A DNA stretch of 64,000 nt from assembly GCA_043803105.1 (NCBI GenBank), contig JAZDKJ010000013.1, positions 32,001 through 96,000 on the forward strand. The letters run 5' to 3'. Source of the DNA: Candidatus Woesearchaeota archaeon (GTDB lineage Archaea > Nanobdellota > Nanobdellia > Woesearchaeales > JAZDKJ01). Shown in pieces: positions 9,183 through 18,162 of the stretch. Positions within the stretch are counted from its first letter, which is position 1, and the number at the start of each line of letters is the position of its first letter. The position numbers and the translations under genes were made by a program. Below the pieces are notes generated by a model. It worked only from the letters and a program-made list of their open reading frames with translations, was not told the origin of the DNA and ran no database searches.

Positions 9183-10114
9183 GACTCGAGCACTTCAACA
9201 GAATCAATGCTGCCGTCGCCGTCAAGGTCAAAACCCTGCACAATGCAGCAGAACTCCTTCTGGTCAGCAAATCTTGAAAGGACTTGCCTTGTGAACCGTG
9301 AGAAGCCAATGACTGCTGCCTTGGTACCAGAGAATCTAATGCCTGCCAAAGCAATAATCTTAGAGGCAGGATTATAAGGATTAGGGATCTTTGCAATAAG
9401 CCCGATGCTATCATCAGTATATTCCTCCTTGCCAACAATACCCCAGGGCTTTGAATCAGAAAACTTTGCAGGCAGAAAATCATTAATCTTTGCCATAGCA
9501 AGATTTGTTACTGGACCACCAACAATGATGAAGTTTGTCTTCTCGTGCTTGAGGTCAGTGTCCACATCAAGCTTGACTGAGAAATGGTTTGTGGACGAAC
9601 AAAAAGCGCCAAGGAAAAGAGCAAGGTCAACCGCATAATGACCATCCCGGGCACGGGCCTTAAACTGGCCATGCGGATCAGGGCTGCCGACAATAATCTT
9701 TGCGTTCAATTCATCATTTTCGATAAAAGGCTTTAAGAAAAGCTCGAGCCTCTTGTCCTTCTCAGAGCCCAAAAGCTGCTTGATATTCTTCCAATTGGCG
9801 GAAAGGCTTACTGCAAAATTCATCTGCCTGGCAGAATATTTTTTCGCCATGGTACCCCTGATCTCTTTTTTTTCAGTCAACTCAATAATGTCTGAGTTGA
9901 GAAGCTGCTTAACGTGGTAATAGACCTTCTGCTCGTGCATATGAAGCTTTTTTGCAATCTCTGCAGGATACATTGGTTGAAGGGAGAGCATCTTGAGAAT
10001 CTTGATCCTTGTGCCATCTTCCGTAAGCTTAAGGCTTGCTGGGTTCTGCAACATGAAGAGGTCATCGTAAAAAAAACGGTTGTCCTGCTCCTTCACTATG
10101 AAGTACTTTGTCAT
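9176..10114 (-). CDS. ArsR-type wHTH regulator with a C-terminal S-layer_C-like domain
   Basis: RIKILKML..PMYPAEIAKKLHMHEQKVYYH; IIVGSPDPHG; IIVGGPVTN; divergent from glmM. Confidence 0.75.
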   Translation of the reverse strand: MTKYFIVKEQDNRFFYDDLFMLQNPASLKLTEDGTRIKILKMLSLQPMYPAEIAKKLHMHEQKVYYHVKQLLNSDIIELTEKKEIRGTMAKKYSARQMNFAVSLSANWKNIKQLLGSEKDKRLELFLKPFIENDELNAKIIVGSPDPHGQFKARARDGHYAVDLALFLGAFCSSTNHFSVKLDVDTDLKHEKTNFIIVGGPVTNLAMAKINDFLPAKFSDSKPWGIVGKEEYTDDSIGLIAKIPNPYNPASKIIALAGIRFSGTKAAVIGFSRFTRQVLSRFADQKEFCCIVQGFDLDGDGSIDSVEVLESY

Positions 10115-10380
10115 GGCACAAAAAAAAAGCTGATGATATATAAATATTTGTTTTCATTATGAATATTTTTATAATATTATTATAATCCTTTATAATGTGT
10201 ATTATACCGATAAGGAAGAAAAATTGTTTATTTGTCAAAATATGGCCAAAAAATGCCAATTTTGCTTTTAAGATGCATAAAAATGCGTTAAAAGCATTTT
10301 TATTGGCAAATCAATCACTTTGCAAAGGAATACTACAAAAGATTTATGAATTAAAGATATAAAAGGGGAAGAAAAAGTAA

Positions 10381-11733
10381 ATGGGCATGAAAAAAACGCT
10401 ATTTGGCACTGATGGTATGAGAGGGATAGCAAATATACACCCCATGACTCCAGAGGTTGTGGTGCGGCTAGGAAAGGCAATAGTTGAAGCGCTGAAAAAT
10501 GGCACAAGACCAAAAATACTGATAGGAAAAGACACAAGATTAAGCGGCTATATGCTTGAGTCTGCACTCACAACAGGAATCTGTTCAATGGGAGGGGATG
10601 TGCTACTTGTCGGACCAATGCCTACACCAGCAATTGCGCACCTCACAAGGTCTTTTGCAGCTGACGCAGGAGTAGTCATCTCTGCATCACACAATCCGTG
10701 GGAGCACAACGGAATCAAGATTTTCTCAAGCAAGGGAATAAAACTTCCTGATGATATTGAATTAAGACTGGAACAACTGATGATAAAAGACGCAAGAAAT
10801 GAGCATGTGCAAGGAATTGCTATAGGCAAAGCAAAAAGGATAGACGACGCGAAAGGCCGCTACATAGAGTTTGCCAAGGCAGCCATAGACAATTTCCCCC
10901 TGCAAGGGCTAAAGGTTGTGCTTGACTGCGCAAACGGAGCAGCTTATGACATAACACCGCACATACTCCAGGAACTTGGGGCAGAGGTAATAATAATGTT
11001 CAACGAGCCAAACGGAACAAACATCAACAAGGAGTGCGGCTCACTGCATCCTGAGGTAATGCAACAAGCGGTGCTCAAACACAAAGCAGACCTTGGCATA
11101 GCACTTGACGGTGATGCTGACAGGGTCATAATGGCTGACGAAAAAGGAAACCTTGTGGACGGAGACCACCTGATGGCAATAATAGCGCTAGACCTCAAGG
11201 AAAAGAAGCAGCTAAAAAAGGATACGGTTGTAGGCACAGTGATGACAAACAAGGGACTAGAGCTGTACCTGAAGAAACAGGGAATAAGCCTGGTCAGGAC
11301 GAATGTAGGAGACCCTTACATAGTTGAGGAGATGCTTAAAAACGGCTACAATTTCGGGGGAGAACAATCAGGGCACATAATATGTTTTGACCATAACAGC
11401 ACACCTGATGCTACAATCACAAGCCTGTACATAATGAAAATAATGAAAGAAAAAGGGAAGAAACTGTCTGAACTCGGAACACTTTTCAAGTCAATGCCGC
11501 AGGTGCTCCTTAACAGCACGGTAAGAGAGAAGAGGGAGCTTGACAAGATGCCAAATGTAGTTAATACTATCAAGTCAGTTGAAAATGAGCTTGGAGAGGC
11601 AGGAAGGGTGCTTGTAAGGTATTCTGGGACAGAAAACAAGGTAAGGGTCATGATAGAAGGAGAAAATATGCAGAAGATAGAAGCGTACGCACAAGACATC
11701 ATGACAACGATACGAAAGGAGCTGGGAGATTGA
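10381..11733 (+). CDS. glmM: Phosphoglucosamine mutase
   Basis: Motifs FGTDGMRG, GKDTRLSG, ISASHNP, DGDADR, GGEQSGH, RYSGTE. Confidence 0.95.
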   Translation: MGMKKTLFGTDGMRGIANIHPMTPEVVVRLGKAIVEALKNGTRPKILIGKDTRLSGYMLESALTTGICSMGGDVLLVGPMPTPAIAHLTRSFAADAGVVISASHNPWEHNGIKIFSSKGIKLPDDIELRLEQLMIKDARNEHVQGIAIGKAKRIDDAKGRYIEFAKAAIDNFPLQGLKVVLDCANGAAYDITPHILQELGAEVIIMFNEPNGTNINKECGSLHPEVMQQAVLKHKADLGIALDGDADRVIMADEKGNLVDGDHLMAIIALDLKEKKQLKKDTVVGTVMTNKGLELYLKKQGISLVRTNVGDPYIVEEMLKNGYNFGGEQSGHIICFDHNSTPDATITSLYIMKIMKEKGKKLSELGTLFKSMPQVLLNSTVREKRELDKMPNVVNTIKSVENELGEAGRVLVRYSGTENKVRVMIEGENMQKIEAYAQDIMTTIRKELGD

Positions 11734-12914
11734 AGGCTGTAATACTTTGCGCAGGCAAGTCAACAAGGACATATCCATTTACAATCTCAAAACCAAAGGC
11801 ATTGCTTCCGATCCTAGACAAGACCTTAATTGAGGTCAGCATTGAGAGCCTGAAGGGAATTGCTGAGGAGGTCATAATTGTAGTAGGATGTTTGAAAGAA
11901 CAAATAATTGAACACCTGGGGAGCACATACCAAGGAATAAAGATAACATATGTTGAACAAAAAGAGCAGCTGGGGACAGGCCATGCGCTCATGCAAGCCA
12001 GGAGCCAACTGACTGGAAAATTTTTGGTGCTGAACGGAGACGACATATACTCACCAAAAGATATCCTAAACTGTGCAAAGCATGACAGATGCCTGCTTGG
12101 CAAAGAGGTGGAGGACCCGGAAAAATGGGGAATCCTTCTCACTGAAGGTAAAGCGCTCAAAGGAATCCAAGAAAAACCTACAGAACCGTTATCAAACATT
12201 GGCAACACAGGCTTGTACGTTCTAGACAAGAACATTTTCCCATATCTGGAAAAAACAGGAAAGAGCGAGAGAGGGGAAATAGAAATAACATCAGCCATCA
12301 GCGAAATGTGCAAAGAGCAAACATACATGGTTGAAAAAATCCAAGATTACTGGTTACCAGTAAGCTATCCATGGCAACTGCTTGAGGCAAACGCATTTTT
12401 TCTAGAAAAGATAAGCCAAAGCAACATCAAGGGCATAGTCGAAGCGCATGTAACAATGAGAGGGGTTGTTGTGCTAAGAGAAAAAAGCATAATCAAATCA
12501 GGATGTTACTTGGAAGGGCCTGTATGGATAGGCAAAGACTGTGTAGTGGGCCCGAATGCATACCTGAGAAAAGACACCATACTCCTAGACAATGTGAGAA
12601 CAAGGTCAGAGATAGTAGACTCACTTATCATGAAAGGAACAACAGCAAAGCACCACAGCTATATAGGGCACTCAATCGTTGGCGAGAACTGCAACATAGG
12701 AGCAGGAACGATCACATCAGACTACAGACACGATGGAGCTACCAACAAAACTATAATCCAAGGAAAAAAAGTTGACAGCAACAGGAGGAAACTTGGTGCG
12801 TTCATAGGTGATGGTGTGCATACTGGGATTAACACAAGCATTTATCCCGGAAGGAAAATATGGCCAGGAAAGACAACTGTTCCAGGGGAAATAGTCAAAG
12901 AAGACATAATGTAA
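11730..12914 (+). CDS. glmU: Bifunctional sugar-1-P nucleotidyltransferase/acetyltransferase (archaeal GlmU)
   Basis: AGKSTR..PK NTase domain plus hexapeptide repeats; YIGHSIVG, RKLGAFIGD. Confidence 0.88.
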   Translation: MKAVILCAGKSTRTYPFTISKPKALLPILDKTLIEVSIESLKGIAEEVIIVVGCLKEQIIEHLGSTYQGIKITYVEQKEQLGTGHALMQARSQLTGKFLVLNGDDIYSPKDILNCAKHDRCLLGKEVEDPEKWGILLTEGKALKGIQEKPTEPLSNIGNTGLYVLDKNIFPYLEKTGKSERGEIEITSAISEMCKEQTYMVEKIQDYWLPVSYPWQLLEANAFFLEKISQSNIKGIVEAHVTMRGVVVLREKSIIKSGCYLEGPVWIGKDCVVGPNAYLRKDTILLDNVRTRSEIVDSLIMKGTTAKHHSYIGHSIVGENCNIGAGTITSDYRHDGATNKTIIQGKKVDSNRRKLGAFIGDGVHTGINTSIYPGRKIWPGKTTVPGEIVKEDIM

Positions 12915-12915
12915 A

Positions 12916-14085
12916 ATGTGCGGAATCATAGCATACAAAGGAAATGAGCAGGCAAGCAAGATAATTCTCGAAGGGCTGCAGAATCTTGAATACAGGGGAT
13001 ATGACTCAGTGGGAATTGCAACAATAGATGCTGGCAAATTACAGGTACAAAAAGAAATTGGGAAAGTGCAAGATACGCAGCTCGATTTTGAGAGCATGAA
13101 GGGAACGATGGGAATGGGCCATAAAAGGTGGGCTAAGATAAAGTACTTAAGTAAACAAAACATTCCAATTACCCAAATGAGTAAACCATTTTTTCGGATG
13201 GTTGATTTAGCACTCGAAAATCCACAGTTATATTACGTTGAGATAGACGAGAATTTACGACACTTGATTGGATTGAAAATACTGAGAGTTAGTTCAATCA
13301 TTGATAAGACCATGATTTCAAGAAAAAGCTTGTACAGAATAATGAAAAAATCCGGCCACTATTGCCGATTGGACACATTGTTGAAACTTGGTAAATCTAT
13401 CAATGTTAGCGGAAAGACTCTACATATTCATATAAAAAGTGTAAAGACCAAGAATAGTTTTCCAATAACAAATCAGAAATTGAGCCTTAATGAAGGCTTT
13501 GCTCGCATTTTGGGTCATATCATTGGTGATGGAGGTATTCATATTGTTGTGAAAGAGAACAAGTACCGTATTTTTTATGTTAATAATGAAAAATTTTTGC
13601 TGAATTCATTCAAGACTGATGTGGTCAACTGCTTTGGAGAAACTAAGATATATAGCCGGCAAAGATTAGATCATGGAGACGAAGTTTGGCTACCATCTAC
13701 AATTGGTTCACTTATATACAGATTGCTGGATTTCAAAGCCGGTAATAAACAAGTTCCATCCATTGTCATGAGATGCAAGAATACAAAAGTTGTTGCAGCA
13801 TTCCTTCAGGCATTGTATGATGATGAAGGTTTTTTGTATCCGTCAAAGAAAATGATAGTGATATCACAGGTGGATCTACAATTAATCGAACAAATTAAGG
13901 AACTTGTATCCCGGCTTCAAATCAAAAGCAACAAAATCTTGGAACACAATTCGAAAAGTAGAAGTCTTATGTACTATTTTACGATAACGGGCAAACAAGA
14001 TATTCAGCGATTTAAGAACAAGATTGGATTCTTGCACCCTATCAAATCCAAGAAATTGTCCCTGCTAATGAAATCTTACAAGTGA
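12916..14085 (+). CDS. Fusion of GlmS residues 1-73 with an HTH and a two-motif LAGLIDADG (intein DOD-type) homing endonuclease
   Basis: MCGI..LEYRGYDSVG..GHKRWA, then ARILGHIIGDG, AFLQALYDDEG, FKNKIGF; no intein splicing motifs. Confidence 0.88.
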   Translation: MCGIIAYKGNEQASKIILEGLQNLEYRGYDSVGIATIDAGKLQVQKEIGKVQDTQLDFESMKGTMGMGHKRWAKIKYLSKQNIPITQMSKPFFRMVDLALENPQLYYVEIDENLRHLIGLKILRVSSIIDKTMISRKSLYRIMKKSGHYCRLDTLLKLGKSINVSGKTLHIHIKSVKTKNSFPITNQKLSLNEGFARILGHIIGDGGIHIVVKENKYRIFYVNNEKFLLNSFKTDVVNCFGETKIYSRQRLDHGDEVWLPSTIGSLIYRLLDFKAGNKQVPSIVMRCKNTKVVAAFLQALYDDEGFLYPSKKMIVISQVDLQLIEQIKELVSRLQIKSNKILEHNSKSRSLMYYFTITGKQDIQRFKNKIGFLHPIKSKKLSLLMKSYK

Positions 14086-14850
14086 AAAAAATGTGTGGTA
14101 TTGTAGCGTATCGTGGAATTAAACAAGCCAGTCCTTTACTATTGAAATGCCTTAGGCATCTAGAATATCGCGGGTATGACTCAGTTGGAATGGCAGTATT
14201 GAGCCATCAGGGAATAGAAGTCCGCAAAGAGGTGGGGAAGATTGATGAAGCTGACAAGCGAGCGCATTTTGAAGAATTGAAAGGAAATCTAGGAATGGCG
14301 CATACTCGTTGGAGCACCCATGGTGGTGTAACTCAAAAGAATGCGCATCCACACTTATCAGAGGATGGAAAGATTGCAGTTGTTCACAATGGGATTATCG
14401 AAAACTACCAATATCTAAGAGAATTCTTGAAGTCCAAGGGAATAGTATGTATGACTGACACTGATACAGAAGTTATACCTCATCTCATACAATACCATAT
14501 GCTGAATGGCCAGGATTTTAGAAAAGCATTTGTAACAAGTTTAAGAGAACTCGAGGGAAGCTTTGCTGTTGTTGCGATTCATAGTGACCATAATTTTATT
14601 CTTACGGCTCGTCGTGGCTCACCTCTTGTATTGGGTTTTAAAGATAATGAATTGTTCGCGGCATCTGACGTTCCGGCATTTCTGGAGTATACAAACAAAG
14701 TGATTTATCTTGAGGATGATGAATATGCTATTATGGCCAAGAGATTGGATGTTTTCAGCTTAAAAAATGATGAGTTACAAACCAAAGAACCTGTAACTAT
14801 CACATGGTCCATAGAGCAGGCAAGAAAGGGTGAGTATGCTCACTTTATGC
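13135..14850 (+). mobile_element. Putative homing cassette: endonuclease plus a foreign replacement glmS 5' half (right boundary approximate)
   Basis: T-ending codons and CGN Arg codons contrast with A/C-ending and AGR codons in flanking + strand genes; the glmS N-terminus is duplicated. Confidence 0.65.
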
Positions 14851-15857
14851 TAAAAGAGATTACAGAACAGAAAGAGACAATAAGAAAAGCAGCAGAACAA
14901 GACCCAAAGCTCATGGCACAAGTCAGCCAGATGCTCAAAGATGCATTTGGAATTTTCTTTGTGGGCTGCGGGACATCGTACCATGCCTGCGTGTCAGCAT
15001 CATACCAATTCGCAGAAATAGCTAAGAAGCATGTAAACGTTATACTGGCATCAGAATTCAGGAATTATGAGAGCTTTCTGACAGACAAGACAGTGATGGT
15101 AGCACTTTCGCAATCTGGAGAGACAGCGGACACAATAGAAGCAATAAAGACAGCAAAAAAGCATGGGACCAAGATAATAACTATAGTGAATGTAATGGGG
15201 TCAACAATAACAAGGCTCTCAGACGTGAACATAATGACGCATTCGGGACCTGAAATATGCGTACTTTCGACCAAAAGCTACACAGCACAGCTCGCGATAC
15301 TCCTAAGCTTGGCATACAATGTGGCAGGAAGAGAGGCTGAAGGAAAAAAAGTGATTACAAAAGCTTCACTTGAGGTTGAAGGGCTGATCAAGGAGAACTT
15401 GACGCGGCTCAAGGCATTGGCAAAGCAATTGAAAGGCCAGCATGACATATTCCTAATAGGAAGAGACCTTGCATATCCCAGCGCTCTTGAAGGGGCACTC
15501 AAAATAAAGGAAGTCAGCTATGTGCACGCAGAAGGGTTTGCAGGAGGAGAGCTAAAGCACGGCACAATAGCGCTAATAGAGCAAGGCATACCAGCAATAA
15601 TACTTGCGACTGAACACACAAGAAAGGAAATTGTATCAAACGCAATGGAAATCAAGGCAAGGGGAGGATACATAATAGGGATAGACTCAGAGCCAAACGA
15701 TGTCTACGACTATCACATTAAAGTGGCTGAAGCAGGAATGGCAAACCCTATCTTGATGATAATACCTTTGCAAATACTTGCATACTACCTTGCACTAGAG
15801 CGGGGCTGCGACCCTGACAAGCCCAGAAACCTTGCAAAAAGCGTTACAGTAAAATAA
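14091..15857 (+). CDS. glmS: Glutamine-fructose-6-phosphate transaminase (isomerizing)
   Basis: MCG start (Ntn Cys), LEYRGYDS, HTRWSTHG, HFMLKEI, SQSGET, ELKHG, PRNLAKSVTV. Confidence 0.97.
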   Translation: MCGIVAYRGIKQASPLLLKCLRHLEYRGYDSVGMAVLSHQGIEVRKEVGKIDEADKRAHFEELKGNLGMAHTRWSTHGGVTQKNAHPHLSEDGKIAVVHNGIIENYQYLREFLKSKGIVCMTDTDTEVIPHLIQYHMLNGQDFRKAFVTSLRELEGSFAVVAIHSDHNFILTARRGSPLVLGFKDNELFAASDVPAFLEYTNKVIYLEDDEYAIMAKRLDVFSLKNDELQTKEPVTITWSIEQARKGEYAHFMLKEITEQKETIRKAAEQDPKLMAQVSQMLKDAFGIFFVGCGTSYHACVSASYQFAEIAKKHVNVILASEFRNYESFLTDKTVMVALSQSGETADTIEAIKTAKKHGTKIITIVNVMGSTITRLSDVNIMTHSGPEICVLSTKSYTAQLAILLSLAYNVAGREAEGKKVITKASLEVEGLIKENLTRLKALAKQLKGQHDIFLIGRDLAYPSALEGALKIKEVSYVHAEGFAGGELKHGTIALIEQGIPAIILATEHTRKEIVSNAMEIKARGGYIIGIDSEPNDVYDYHIKVAEAGMANPILMIIPLQILAYYLALERGCDPDKPRNLAKSVTVK

Positions 15858-15892
15858 AGGATTATAAAGTCCACTTGCTTCTGATTGGCAAA

Positions 15893-16987
15893 ATGAAAAA
15901 GAACCTCAGCGCAATAGAACTCAAGCAGATTGTTGCAGAATTACAAGAGCTTCTGGGCTCGAAAGTGTCAAAGATTTACCAGCCCATAAAGGAAGAGGTG
16001 TACATACAAGCACACAGCGCATCACAAGGAAAGAAAATTTTGAGAATATTTGTGCCAAGGTTCATGCACCTGACAGAACACAAGCTAGCAAGCCCGCAAA
16101 GCCCTCATGGGTTTTGCCAATCATTGAGGAAATGGATCTCAAACACGAGAATAGCGAAGATAAAACAAACTCGAATGGAGAGAATAGTAGAGATAACCTT
16201 TGAGTCAAATGCTGGCAATTACATACTGATCATCGAATTGTTTGCGAGGGGAAACATAATCCTGTGCAGGGAAGACATGACAATAATATCGGCGCTTGAG
16301 ACACAAAAATTCAAGGACAGGGAAATCAGGCCAAAAGCAATCTACACTGCACCAAAAGCAGCATTCGACCTGACAAAATTCAAGATAGATGACATCAAGG
16401 AAGCGCTGGAGAAGACAAAATCAGACAATATAGTGAAGTTCCTAGCGATAGATTTAGGCTTGGGCGGGCTTTATGCAGAAGAGATAATCGAGAACTGTAA
16501 TATAAACAAGAACAAAACAAGTCTTGAGCCGAAGGAAATGGAGCAAGTATACAAAGGAATACTCAAACTTCTTGAAAGGAAACCGGAGCCTATGATTGTT
16601 ACAAAGGAAGGGTTTAGCGATGTTGTACCGTTTGAACTAGCTGCTTATAGAGACTATGAAAAGAAAGGATTCAAGAGCTTCAACGAAGCACTAGATGAAT
16701 ACAATTACAGTAATCTCACTGAGCAAAAAAGCAAAGAAGCCTCGCCTGAAAGAGAGAGATTGGAAAAAATCCTTAGAGCACAAGAAGAGGTCATTAAGCA
16801 AGGAGAGGCAGAAATAGCAGAGAACCAGAGAAAAGGTGAGATGATATACGAGCATTACCAAGAGATAAAAGACATTCTTGAAAGAGTCAACAGCGAGCTG
16901 AAAAAATTGACAAAAGAAGAGATTATCGAGAAGCACAAAATAAAAGAGCTGGATTTGAAGGATAAAACTATTACAGTAGAGCTCTAG
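15893..16987 (+). CDS. NFACT/Rqc2 (RqcH)-family protein, N-terminal part only
   Basis: Motifs F...LRK, Q..MERIV, LIIELFARGNIIL, DREI, GLGGLYAEEI, SFNEALDEY, coiled coil; no C-terminal NFACT-R domain. Confidence 0.82.
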   Translation: MKKNLSAIELKQIVAELQELLGSKVSKIYQPIKEEVYIQAHSASQGKKILRIFVPRFMHLTEHKLASPQSPHGFCQSLRKWISNTRIAKIKQTRMERIVEITFESNAGNYILIIELFARGNIILCREDMTIISALETQKFKDREIRPKAIYTAPKAAFDLTKFKIDDIKEALEKTKSDNIVKFLAIDLGLGGLYAEEIIENCNINKNKTSLEPKEMEQVYKGILKLLERKPEPMIVTKEGFSDVVPFELAAYRDYEKKGFKSFNEALDEYNYSNLTEQKSKEASPERERLEKILRAQEEVIKQGEAEIAENQRKGEMIYEHYQEIKDILERVNSELKKLTKEEIIEKHKIKELDLKDKTITVEL

Positions 16988-17991
16988 AAGGTCTTTCTAT
17001 CCATCAGATAACCCTCGCGAAGCTGTTGTTGGGTCTTTATATTCATCTGCTTTAGGTCCGAACTGCCTCCTGTGGTGGCTTTATCAGCAAGCTTTTGGAA
17101 AAAAGCAGAAACCAGGGGTTCTGTTGCATTGGGAAAATCAATGATATAGCGTATAAGGCTGTCCCTGAGGCTATCCCTCTGAGTAAAAACAGTCACACTT
17201 CTTTCTAGCTTGTGGATATTCCTGCTATATTTTATACCCATGACGTGGCCAAAGGCAATCTCAAAATCATCAACAGGAGTCTTTGAAGCAGCCATGTGTT
17301 GTATTTCCTTTATAGGGATATTGATCTTTAATTCAGCCTTGTGATTCTCATCGAGTTTTACTGGAAACCCCGCTTCATGCAATTTCCTGATTTTGTCCAA
17401 AATCTTCGATGTCTGATTTGTAGAATATTCTTCCAGTAAGGCGTATAAATTGTTAAAGTATTCTTGCACCTTGATCGCATAAACTTCCTGTAGCTGGGGA
17501 TTTTGCTTAAGCTCGGGAGAAAACAACAATCCATGGGACAGTTTTGGAAAAATGTTCTCTGCCAAGAAGATGACTTCTGCTGGATTAACTGAGTAACAAT
17601 CAGAAATCTTATTTCGCAAATTAATCAAGGTTGGTATACCATAGCATGGTTTGAGCACATCAAATGTCTGCTGAAGAGAGAGGACAGGATGGTTCTTTTC
17701 CCAATTAAGCTTGACAATCTTGTTGGCGAGCCTGTAGGAACACTCAGCCAAATCCAGAGAGGGTCGAGTATTTTCTTCCAGAAGTCCCTGTATGCCAATG
17801 CGGACTCCCTTATCTTGGAGAAAGGCAACCATGTATTGCTGCAAGCCTTTGGCAGACTCGGGCTTGAAAGAAAAACCACCTAATTCTGTGCTATTTGCGG
17901 TTAACTCAATCAGGGTTTCGAGTGATTCGTTGAACTTTGCAATCCGCCTCATCACTTCTTCAGGGGTATTTGGCTTCTTAGGCTTAAGCAT
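16984..17991 (-). CDS. Hypothetical protein (orphan)
   Basis: 335-aa ORF with an upstream TATA-like box; no recognised motif. Confidence 0.65.
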   Translation of the reverse strand: MLKPKKPNTPEEVMRRIAKFNESLETLIELTANSTELGGFSFKPESAKGLQQYMVAFLQDKGVRIGIQGLLEENTRPSLDLAECSYRLANKIVKLNWEKNHPVLSLQQTFDVLKPCYGIPTLINLRNKISDCYSVNPAEVIFLAENIFPKLSHGLLFSPELKQNPQLQEVYAIKVQEYFNNLYALLEEYSTNQTSKILDKIRKLHEAGFPVKLDENHKAELKINIPIKEIQHMAASKTPVDDFEIAFGHVMGIKYSRNIHKLERSVTVFTQRDSLRDSLIRYIIDFPNATEPLVSAFFQKLADKATTGGSSDLKQMNIKTQQQLREGYLMDRKTF

Positions 17992-18068
17992 AAAGGAGAT
18001 TAATTGCTATTGTTTTTTAAAGCTTATGCCAGAGGTCATGAACAAGAATTATATCGAGAAATAAGAAT

Positions 18069-18088
18069 GGCGGACTGCTATCCTGAGT
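18069..18088 (-). repeat. Degenerate copy of the 5S rRNA 3' end
   Basis: ggcggactgctatcctgagt matches 18164-18183 ggtggacagctatcctgggt at 17/20 positions. Confidence 0.6.
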
Positions 18089-18162
18089 CTTATGAGGCCA
18101 CCTCCAAAAAGAAAGACAAATTTGAAAATCTAAAAATGAGGCTATTGATCCCGAAATAAAAA

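Noticed and set aside
10268-10567. 99-aa minus-strand ORF over the glmM start
   Set aside because: It overlaps glmM in antisense and has no coding features.
12916-14085. Classical intein in GlmS
   Set aside because: There is no Cys/Ser block A after GH, no TxxH and no terminal HN. The ORF stops, and the downstream glmS restarts from residue 1 instead of continuing as a C-extein.
14082-14093. Programmed frameshift or intron joining the nuclease ORF to glmS at the A7 run
   Set aside because: The TGA stop precedes the run, and GlmS needs a free N-terminal Cys, which ATG 14091 supplies. No splicing is needed.
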